A DNA stretch of 63,976 bases, counting the filler, from Catajapyx aquilonaris (lineage: Eukaryota): NCBI GenBank assembly GCA_000934665.2. It is 2 parts of 2 records of this genome, joined end to end, with 100 filler letters (N's around TTAATTAATTAA, not from the genome) between each part and the next. Parts side by side here need not be neighbours in the genome. Positions count along the whole stretch, not along the records: positions 1 to 31,939 come from JYFJ02004477.1; 1 more part is not named here. The stretch is one strand, 5' to 3'. Below are positions 1 through 10,600 of this stretch, piece by piece. Both the position numbers and the translations under genes were made by a program. Every line of letters begins with the position of its first letter. Within the stretch, counting starts at the first letter, position 1. Below the pieces are notes generated by a model, which was not told the DNA's origin, searched no databases, and worked only from the letters and a program-made list of their open reading frames with translations.

Positions 1-410
1 AGTTCATATATTGGGTTAGCTTGCGTCTCCCTTCATCGCTGACTACCCCTCATAGGGAAATGTCGTGATGTTGTTGTTGTTGTTGTTGTTGTTGTATGTT
101 GTCCATCCAAAATGTTTCTTATGGAAAACTGCCTCCTTATAAAAATACATCAGTCTACCCCATTGCAAAGCAGAAGGCATATTTTGTGAAGTTGTAGGTG
201 ACATTTTTAATGCATTGCCAGCAAAATAAATTATTGGTGATTTTAGAGTGCAAAAAGTTAGTGATTATAATATTTCCAGATGTTTGTGATTGACAGTATA
301 CGAGTATGGTATGGGCAGGTTAGGATAAAGCACTTACTTGGCGTGCTGCTCATCATTTGCAAAGGTTTCTAACTCGCTGGAAGTTACTGACACCACTTGT
401 TAATTTGCAG

Positions 411-2194
411 CCACGAGGTACTTCCCATCATGATGGAAAATGGATTCAACCTTGCTTCTGAGTGCTACCAGGTTATTGATGGGCTGCCTCTCTCAGATGT
501 GTGCATGATGCGATTGAGCAATGGTGAAATGACCCCATTTGAGTCACTGTTTGAGATAAGAAAGTTCAGGGTGGCAGAGTATCGTTACGCTATGCCCATC
601 ACCCTTCTACTTGGATCTCATGCTCAACAGGAATGGCTCGATGCACTCAAGTCATACTTGGATGCAGGTACGGTGTTTAGCTGAATGAAATGTGTGCCAC
701 CTGAAACTATAATGAAATGCATGTCTGGATTTCATCAGGTTTGCAGATAAACCCATCCCGCCTGGATGTGTCCCCTCCTCTGTTTCAGTTCTTGCGTCAT
801 TATGACAGCAGGGGGCTCACAGATTCCCTCCATCTGTCCTTCCTCCGCCTTCTAGAGTCTAGAGGTCTAGACCCAGATTACACATCCAGTCACAACACCT
901 TTGGAGTACCAGATTCACTTGTGGCTGCCAGCGTAAGTGACCCCCGAACCCTGGCCTTCCTCCTGACATTCTCTAGGACCACACCAGAGCAGATTCTCGA
1001 CAGGTGCCTATGTAGATAACTAGATAATATAGAAGATAATAGTGTCTTAGTCATCTCCATTCATTCCATGCTTAGCACATCTACACAAATTCCAACAGGT
1101 GGACAGTGTTACTGATGGGCAGTGATGATGGTGGTGGGGTGAGGCTGGTGAGACATGATCTGCGCATGGTGTTTGCAGCACACATGAAGGCCACTTGCAG
1201 TGTGGCAGTGGAGTTTGGAGGGAATTGTTTGGGCCGAGATCTGGTGAGGAGGTTCCAAGAAGCAGTGGAGGCAGCAACGGAAGAGGCGGCAGACTGGGAG
1301 ACCATCCGTGAGCGTATGGGTGAGAATATTCTTTGTGTACTACCATTTGGGAGTTAATGTTCAACAATGGAATAGAAAATTTGGACACGCCTGAAAAAAA
1401 AGTGCATGTTGCAGAAGGTTTTGCATGATATTGGAAACTGCTTGTAACTTTTGTACTGTGAAACCTGTTTTTAGCTGCTCTTACATACAGTGGAAGCTAA
1501 TTCACTCTTGCAGAAGCGTCTGACATACCTGCGCAGTGAAGTAAGGTTTTCATAGCTGGCTGCTGATGCTATTGTACTGTACCATTGTGCATTTTGAGTG
1601 GTATGGACAAATATGCAGATGTCTAATCCATCCGATATTTAATGTTCACAGGTACGCTTGTTATAACCAGAACATGCTGTAGTCCGTTGAAGTGTGCCCC
1701 AACCTCTGACAGCTATAGAGAGTAAACCTATTGTGTCCTGTCATTATTGAACAGGGAAAGTGCATGTAGGTGATGAGGCAGCACCTATAGGCACAGAGTC
1801 ACGTCTAGTGAATTATTAGGATTTTCGACCTGCATATAACTGAAACCATGGATGCAGGGGGAATACTGTGCAAAAGTTTGCTGGTGATTATAAGTATGCA
1901 CTTAGGCCCGTAGCATGGTTATCCTGTGTAGATTTCCCACTTTGGTAACTGACGCAGAACTACTGGCCTGTAATGTTTATTTAGAGTGGTGATTATAATA
2001 TTGCCTTGGCAGATTGCGTCCCAACCCTGAAGGACTTGTGCAGATGGGGGATACGCCACATACTGTCCCACTCTCTCCGTCCAGGCCAGCTGGTGAGGGA
2101 CGCTGTGGATCAGTTTAAGGTCCCCGACACACTCAAGCCCTTTCTGTTGTATTCTGAAGTTGACCTGCTCGAGTTCCCCATAGGGAAGGGGTAG
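411..2194 (+). CDS. Ankyrin-like/SOCS-box (ASB-like) gene, array copy A, 5'-partial (last 4 exons)
   Basis: Exons 411-667, 739-1003, 1099-1319, 2013-2194 with GT-AG boundaries and consistent phases. Internal exon lengths (257, 265, 221) equal those of copies B and C. Last exon encodes a SOCS box (VPTLKDLCRWGIRHIL...FKVPDTLKPFLLY). AATAAA at 2308-2313. Confidence 0.85.
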
Positions 2195-2412
2195 AAGAAT
2201 GCACTATTTAGCTGAAGAAGTGCACTTTACAAAAATGTCAATGCACCTTTATAAAACGTGCTGTTTGATTTTCTTATGACTGGCTCTTGGGCCATGTGAC
2301 TTTGGAAAATAAAGGAGTGTGTTTTCTGCCAGTAATTTGTAACTGTAAGGTATGTCACTTTTTGAAATGAATTAATAGAGCTGCCCTATGCATTCCATTG
2401 ATTTTAAATGGA

Positions 2413-2429
2413 TTTGAAGTGCGCGGCAA
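2413..2429 (-). promoter_or_regulatory. CDE/CHR (DREAM-type) promoter element, copy 1
   Basis: TTTGAA-GTGC-GCGGC-AA; on the minus strand this reads SSSSS-N4-TTYRAA. The same arrangement recurs upstream of all four first exons. Confidence 0.55.
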
Positions 2430-2490
2430 CAAAATACTCTTTGTCTCTTTTGGTCTGGCTTCAGAGGGTTGGAAGGCCTAGCAGACGGCC

Positions 2491-4021
2491 ATGGAAGATC
2501 TGGTGGGATGGCGGCATGAAGTGGATGAAGACTTCTTGGAGGAATGGGTGAGCAGCCTGATGGAGCAGGAGGGAGGTGAGGGGGAGACCCACTGCCAGGA
2601 CAAGCGTCGCGTCCACCACATCGAACACTCCATCAGGAAGGAGGCGAAGCACTTCAGAGAGAGTATCGCTCGACTCAGAAAGCAATTCGCGTGGAGGACG
2701 CGTCGTCGGCCTCCTTCGACTTATTCCCAGGAGGATCGGGAGTGGTTGAGTCAGGAGGGCCAGCGCATTGGAGAGAAAATGGTCCGCATGCAGGGAGAGA
2801 TGAACTGCTTTCGGAAGAGGGTGACAGACTGGGGCCGACTCCTCTGGCAGGATGTCGACACATACCAGATAGAGGAGCGGCGCCTTGCTGTGGCCCTCCT
2901 GGACTCCCATGGCAACATAAGGGACCTCACGCCACTACAAACCATCGTCAATCAGGAGTTGGGATTGGCACAGGGAAATGAGGGGCAAGCAGGACCTTCT
3001 CGCAATGAGCACCAAGCCAATGTGGAGGTAATTACTTGATTGCAGTTTACTATATGCACTGTTCTCATGTGACTGTGGGGTTGGACATGGTAGTGCGTCA
3101 ACAATAATATTGGAGGATTAGATGGTCACAGGAAAATTTAAATGTGAAATACATTTAAATAAGCGGAATAACAATCTTGAGAACCGTGCCGGAAGATTTT
3201 GTTGAAATCGTTGTACTTTCCGAGATATAAATTAATACGTTTCTGCCACTTGCCACTTGCCATTCATATCGAATAACTCCCAAATTTACTTATTTCTCGA
3301 AAAGTATGACTATTTCAGCAAATTCATCTGGCATGCTTCTCAAGATTGTTATTCCGTATATTTCAACGTATTATGTAATTAAATCAGCCTCACAGTTGGC
3401 CGGCAGCACTCAAGTTCGAATTTTTACAGCGATCTTTTCGGAAATTAATATAGGAACTGCTACGGTAGTAAAATGGTTTCCAACACATTCATAGTGCTTT
3501 CCACGAACGGGTAAGCTGTTAGTATTTGTAAAATATCATGTTCGTATCTTCAAAGCAAGCGTAAGCAGAAAACTAGGTAATGGCGGGTATAGCTGGTATT
3601 GAGCAGTCGAGTTCTCATCACCTAGATTCGAGGTGGCTGGGGGCGAAAGAGTTAGGCATCTTTCATTGCCATAATAATTATTGTACTTGTTTTATTATTG
3701 AATGTTCCTACCATTCCCGGTTGTCATTTTAAAATTTAAAGCATGGCCAAGTGACTGTCATTTCTGGCAATTTCTTGGCCATCACATTATTGATAGGAAA
3801 TATGGAGTCTCGGTTTTGTACATGAGGAATAATCTCCACTAAAAGTTGTCACGTATGTGACAACAATCCTGGAAATATTTGCCTGTAAATGCTTCTGTTC
3901 ATTTATTTTATAGGAAGGGGCTGGTGATTCAGCATCATCTGGGAACAGCATGGATGGCGAAGGACTTGTGCAGCATGATGCCACAGGTGGACACATGGAA
4001 GAAGTGAATGTTCATGGATGA
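2491..4021 (+). CDS. Truncated array copy A' (variable coiled-coil-like exon 1 + exon 2 only; ~214 aa if expressed, otherwise pseudogene)
   Basis: Exon 2491-3027 (ATG, LDSHGNIRDLTP motif, phase-0 donor GAG|GTAATT). Exon-2 homologue starts at 3914, has lost its donor and reads to TGA at 4019-4021. AATAAA at 4085-4090, then sequence resembling the 3' flank of other copies. No ankyrin or SOCS exons. Confidence 0.6.
3165..3652 (-). mobile_element. Partial non-autonomous piggyBac-like element (same family as 24643-25395)
   Basis: Reverse-complement similarity to 24643-25135, including the terminus (…GGCTGGGGGCGAAAGAG vs CCCTTTCGACCCCAGCC…). Confidence 0.65.
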
Positions 4022-4265
4022 AACATGTTGGCTATTTTTTTTTTTTTTTAAGACTGGGTGTTGTTTATACCTTGGTATACTATAAATAAAGGGTCCTTCT
4101 CTAATGAATTTATTTATCATTGCATACTGTGCCACCGAGGCCACCTTTTTAAAGCGAATTAATAGACTTGCCCTGTAGAAACAACAGCATCGTTTTCATC
4201 AGAAATATTCTTCAATGCCTAAGATTTCAGAGAGAACCGAAGAAAAAAAAAATCTCTTGACAAGA

Positions 4266-4548
4266 TTTGAATAGCCCGGGAAGGAGAGGGACTTTCTACT
4301 CCCTCTCCGCCAGGTGGCCAGCTCAGCTCTGTGACTAGAGAGCCACTTTATATATCGTACATCTCTGTCCGCCGCCTCCACATTCGGCCATGTTCTTTTC
4401 GCCAAGGCCTTTTCCATCTAATTCTCTTGCCCGCCTCATGTTCCGAGTGTGAGATTGTTTGGAAAAGAGTCGTTCTGGTTGTAGGAAGGGGCATCCTCGG
4501 CGGCATCGGAAGGGAAGAGGAGGATCTGGTGGGCCTAGGTAGGACCAG
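4266..4548 (+). promoter_or_regulatory. Promoter and non-coding 5' exon of array copy B
   Basis: TTTGAA-TAGC-CCGGG-AA at 4266-4282 and CCGCCAGGTGGCC at 4307. Donor CCAG|GTACAC at 4548/4549, acceptor TTCCAG| at 4638. Homologous to 13873-14094 and 27127-27339. Confidence 0.6.
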
Positions 4549-4699
4549 GTACACACAGTGTGTGCTGCATAGTGTCTGTCGAATGAGTGGGGAGAAGGGC
4601 TTCTCCATGTACACACTAGTGTTCCTGTATTATTCCAGAACATTCCCCACCAAGTCGAAGGGTTGGAAAGAGTTGTCTCCAGTCGTGTAGTAGCTGGAC

Positions 4700-7600
4700 A
4701 TGGATCAGAAGGGAAGGATGGAGGATGAGGAGCGGAGGGAGAAGAAGAAGAGTTGCAATAAGGAGCAAGAGGACCGCTTCTGGGTAGAGGTCGTGCCCAT
4801 CCCAAAGGAATTCATCTGCACGAAGGAACAGCGGGGAGGGCCGCCTTCGAGAGGCCTTCTGCGGGCCTGCATAAGAATCACCTCGCAGCATGTAAGCACA
4901 CTGTGGATGCCAAAGCCTTGCCTTGCTGTGGTCCTTCTCGACACCCAGGGCAACATAAAGGACCTCACGCCAGTGCCAGTACCAATACCAACCAACGATC
5001 AGGAGTTGGAATTGGCACCGGGAAGTGGTGATGGGGAAGCAGGACCTTCTTGCGAGGAGGAAGAGGAGGATGAGGGACACGCCAGTGGGGAGGTAATTAG
5101 CTAATTGCAGTTAACCATTTCAGGGACATTTTTGTGTGGTTGGACAGGGTAGTGCAACAACAATAATCTGGGAGGATAGGAGATCAGAGGGCCTGTCATC
5201 AGACTCTACCTGATTGCAATTTGTGGAGCAATACTTATTTCACAGATATGACTAATGTCCCATGTTGGCCAATTGTGATCATTTTCACCCGATTTTGGAT
5301 TGTGCTTGGACACTTCTTAAACCATTTATTCCACCTGCAGTGACTTTGTAATTTCTTTTTGCATATACTATATACAGACTTTTTGAAAATGTACAGTGTG
5401 TTCCAAGCATATCGTCATTTGTAGTTGACCTGAAATTGTTTTTTTGTATACTTTGTTGTACCCTCATTGAGGTGCCCAATTTATGGCAACTGCGCTATAT
5501 TCGACCATCTGGTAATAATTGGGCACCTGGATCAGAGCGCAACGAGGTACACAAAAGTATACCTTGTGCATTGGACAAGAGTATTGGATGATAGAGTACT
5601 CCAATCCTTCACTTGATTATCGGGTAAGGCTGCAGACATACTTCTCTAAGCCTTTAAGAGATGCGACTTCACATATGCACCCATCCAGGGATCAGTATCT
5701 TGAGAGCCATATTCCTGAATCGTACCCCACAATATATGATTTTGATGGTTCCAATGTAGTTTTGACATTTTTATAAACAAGGAGTGGACGTAGAGGAAGG
5801 AAGACAATTCCTCTATATTTTCTGCTTGAGTTGTTGATGCAAGCATTTCTCTGATCCATCTAGCTCGCCTGGTGCCAATGTCCTGAAGTGCCACTAGAAA
5901 ATAGCTGCTCCAGTTGTAGCAAGGTTGCAACCTGCTGGATATGGGCAAGTCATACTTTTTTTCTCTCTACCCTACCAAAACAATTATTAAACATTTTAAA
6001 GATACTTTCATTTTCTTACAGAGTGTTGCAGATTTTTGTGTGTACATTTTTCGACACTATTAGTGATAGGCTAGTTATATTACCACTATTCATTTTGATG
6101 ATGCACTTTCCTTGGATGTCTATGTCTGTATAGTAAATTTACCACCAAGCACGATTGTGGTCCAAGTGAGCACAAAACAATGACTATATCTAGGGGGGAG
6201 TGTCTTGTGGGCAGGAGTAATTGCAATTTTGGCAACAACTCATGTGGTTGCAGTTACGTGATCTCTTGCATAATCTGAACTTCGGGTGTGTGTGTCCGGC
6301 AACAAGTCTAAAGCACTACCATGTAAATGTAATGTGCAAAGATGTTGGTGATAGCGAATTATTGTTCTTATCCGTTTCCTAATGTGACAACTTCAGGAAG
6401 TCAACATGTTAATTTTTTTACTCCATGCGTAAAGTGTTTGTTGACACTTAATATAGGAGTAGGGGTGACATTAGATGTGGCCATTAAGGCCATTTAAGGG
6501 CACAACCAACTGAGTGATGTAATATCTGGGCAATATTGGGTACGTACCTAATTTTGTACATTACAAAAGATGAGATGATTTAACCCTAATAAGATGGGTG
6601 GTTTTTCGCATTTTTGGATGGATCTGGAAAAAATTTGCTTGCTTGCTCACTTTCGGGACGAGACTTGAATACAAGAGTGAATAAGATCGTCTAGTGTCCA
6701 GGCTAGATCCTGAGGCCATCTATGTGACCCTCCTCTCATTACCATATGCAGTGGAAATTCTCAAATGCACAACAAGTTGGCGCGGGGGGTATGTTTCGCT
6801 CCTACTCCAAGTTTTTGTCACTCTGGCTGATTGCCAAAAAGTATTTCAGTATGTAGCCTTGGCACCCCTTTACAAAGCAGTACATAAGCACATGGCATGA
6901 ATTACGTCACAGGCCTGCTAGGTATGCAGCAGTGATAAACACACAACCCCTCACGAATTTAAACATCCCTTCAAGTCACAGCTACTGTATTTACTCGCAT
7001 ATAAGACGCACCCCGGTTTTGAGGCGAAAAATCGTGGAAAATCGGTTGTTGACTCATATAAGACGCACCCAGATTTATTGCCGTAGTTTGGGAACTGACC
7101 TCGAGCTGCCGGCAGCAACCTGGTGTGCAATGCATGTGCAATGCATGTGCGTGTGGAATCCATTAAAATCCAGTAAGGGGGGGGGGGGGGGGGGGGGGGA
7201 ANGGGGGAGTGGAAAATGGGACAATGCTACGCATCTGAAACGTATAGGTGGCAAGGTCACACCGGAATTGTGCACGTGTGGGGACGGGGAGAGCATATCA
7301 ATGGAAGTGAAGGAGAAACGCAGGTCGTACCATGCCGATTTCAAGAGGAAAGTGATCAACTGTGGTGACAGGACATCAAACCAACAAGCTTAAATTTTTC
7401 AATAAACGATTTTCACGATTTCTCATGGGTTTCACCCGTTGTGCCCTGCCGTATAAGACGCACACGCGTATAAGACGCACCCTACTTTTTGAGCTACAAA
7501 AATCGGAAAAAAAGTGTGTCTTATATGCGAGTAAATACGGTATTCAAAAACCACACGGGGCATGCGCCCCTCGAGCCATACAGAGGCCGGTGTTGAAGTG

Positions 7601-10600
7601 CCCAGATGCCTGCCAGACACTAATTGGCATTATTTTACGAACATTATTTATATTAAAACTATTGAATCAACTTTTGCACTAATTTTAGGGTGGAATCTCT
7701 TCAGGAGGTTTGGGGGCAACTATATATGCCGAAAATTTGCCGGTCAAGGTCGGATTTTTTTTTTCAGCGGCCGCAAAAAGATGATTTCATTCAAGTTAAT
7801 CTGGTTAATCCGGTTTATTTATACACGATTTTGTAGTCCAAAACTCCCGACTTTTTACGCGAGAGAAAATTTCAAAAGCCACACAGAAACCACGTTACAT
7901 AGTGGGAAAACGCTATAGTTTCGCCAGCAGAATTTTTTAAAGCCAGCGTCTCAGCATAGAGACGCCTGTCTTATTAGGGTTAACCACCACCATGCCCTAA
8001 TTTGACTTGGAATGACAAGTGTTACTTTTAGAGAACAATACGTAAGTATTGTCATTATCATAATAATTGCGTTACAAGTTACAAGTTACAAATTATAGGA
8101 TGCACCTACTATCTTCAGTTGAATTTTTTTAATTTTAAAATATTGCCAAGTGACTGCCAAGTCTAGATGCTTTTTAGCAATTACATGTAGTAATTGAGAG
8201 GAAATCTTCACTAAATTTTCAACATGTGACGACAATATTCTGGAAATTTGCCTTGAAATTTTTCCACTCATTCATGCTTTTAGAAAGGGGCTGGTGATTC
8301 AGCAACGTCGACGAACAGCATGGATGAGAATGGACTTATGAAGTGTGATGCCACAGTTGGACACCATGAAGGTATCTTGCATTGGTTTTCGTGGTAGCCT
8401 TTTCTTTCATGAGCTTACCAAATGACGATAAAATGATGTGGATTATGCCCTATTTTGTATTGGCCATCTTTCCACCTGACATTCTTCTCAATGCTAATGC
8501 TACACAGCTGTGTAGGTCGACAGAAGAAATGCATAACCTGCCAGTCTTTAAAACTGAGATATTGCCCACTTGTAGATCACTTGTAGAAAATCTAGTGTAT
8601 AAATTGGAGTAGGCCTACTCCTTTTCGGCCCAGTGACAGCAGTGCAAGAAAAACTGCGCATGTTCTTGTCACTGGTGTAAGATGTTCTTGTTCCCAAATG
8701 ATTTTTTTTTTAAAACACAGCATCCTGAATTGACACTGAGGCCATTAACTTTGAAAAAAATCAGGTTATCAGATTATTGGCACAAATAAGCGAGCAAGAA
8801 TGCTGAATTGCAAGACTTTAACTTTTTCTTCAAAAATATTAGGATACATCATCCTTCCACTGACCTGTCAATTTTCTCGGAAGCCGTACCTGAAGAGAAA
8901 TCACTCACAAGTTTTTAAAGTTGCTTTCATGGAAATATTAGGTCGGTTAACATGTTTTAATTTTAGGTGCTGCCTGTGAAGTTTTGATCGAGACCACCGA
9001 GGACCTTGGTGATGGTTTGCATGAAAATGATGAAGGCTGCAGTAAGTCAAGTGAGAAAGCTACGTGTGGCAACATCAGTCAACGGGCCAGCAGGTCCGTG
9101 GGATTGAAGTTTTTGGTTTTGTAAGAGAGAATGTCTGATAACATGCCATTTCAGAAAGAGGTCTTACCCAGAGGACTTGGAAAATGACAGCAAGCAATCA
9201 AGAATGAATGAGGGAACAGTCCATGGGAACAACCAAGATGACGACAAACCCGAGGGACCTTCCCTAGCCTGTAGCACACCGTAAGAAATAATAGCATGTT
9301 TATAATTTCTAGAAAGGATTTCTTCCAAGGTGGAATATGCAGTGTAACATGAGAATTTAAATTGGAAGTTGGTCCTCATAATACAGGTAGTACCCGTTTT
9401 ACGTCGTTAATTGGTTCCAGCAAAACATGGTGTAAAGTGAATCAGCGTAAAACGAGACAAAATTATAAGGCAAGTAAATGAGATAGGTTCCAAAATTTCC
9501 CAAAATTTTCCATAGACAGTACTGCTCAAAATATTAGGTACCATCTGTCATTGTCAAAAAATGAAAGTTAAGAATCTGCCAGGCTTCCAGCACCAGTGAC
9601 CGTTTCAGATGTGAAAAAATTGCAAATCTCAACTGTCAAACCCAAGTTTTCACTGCTTGCTGAACAACTCCATAAAATCTGAGTTTGCCTTTTTCATCTC
9701 ATATTATTATTATTATTAGGAACAACTTCCAATGAAAATTGTGATACATTGCAAAATACATCCTGGAAGTGATCTTTCAGATGTTAGTCACTGTGTTATG
9801 ATGAATAACAGTTCTGTTACTCATACATAGACTTGTTTGAAATGCAGGGCTGTTCCTGGAATGACACCGTTGATGAAAGCAGCAATTGCAGGTCACTTTC
9901 AAATGGTGGAAGTCTACGTTGAAGCTGGCGCAGACTGCAGCGTGTTGGATAAATTGTGGGAACATGTCCCTCTTAATTGGATAGTGGCAACCAAGAATCG
10001 AAGGCAGGTTATCCTAATGCAGTTCCAGATATTCCTTTACTTTATTAATCCCTGTATCGTAGGGCCTCTTATTGATTGTCTACTTTTTTGGAGGGAAGGT
10101 GGAAGGCTCTTCTGTTGTAGGCCCTTCCCCTTACGTTTGGGCTAATATAAACTAAGCAGCATCACAGTTACAAAACAGTCAAACAGTGAAATAAATTAGA
10201 GCAAAAAATATTGTCTGGGTAGCATTTGGTAAAAATATTGCATGAGATCCATGTGTTAAAAATGACCTGAAAACCTAGTTGCATCACAGATCATCAACAA
10301 CCAAACAACAACAATAATAAATAATGTCACAAAATTCATGTCACATTATGACTGCAGTGTGTATGTCCAGTGCTGATACAGTCCAGGACACGTCTATTGC
10401 CTGACACATCTCATAAGATTGTTCGTTATGTTAAAATTTCACGGCAACCTTTTCAATTAAAAGTGCAAGGCTGCAAGAAGGGAAGCACACCTACCAGGAT
10501 ATTTCATACGTTGGGTTTGGATTTTATTATCCGAGTAACAAGGCGTCTCAGAAAGTAGATACCACTACACAAAGTGATCCTCTGATTGCCGGCAAGATCT

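Noticed and set aside
397..1357. Adjacent short ORFs as an operon-like prokaryotic or viral cluster
   Set aside because: They are exons with conserved GT-AG boundaries and phases; the ORF-track ends lie in introns.
6995..7530. CRISPR-like array from repeated TATAAGACGCAC
   Set aside because: Few, irregularly spaced repeats inside TIRs; these are subterminal transposase-binding motifs in a eukaryotic MITE.
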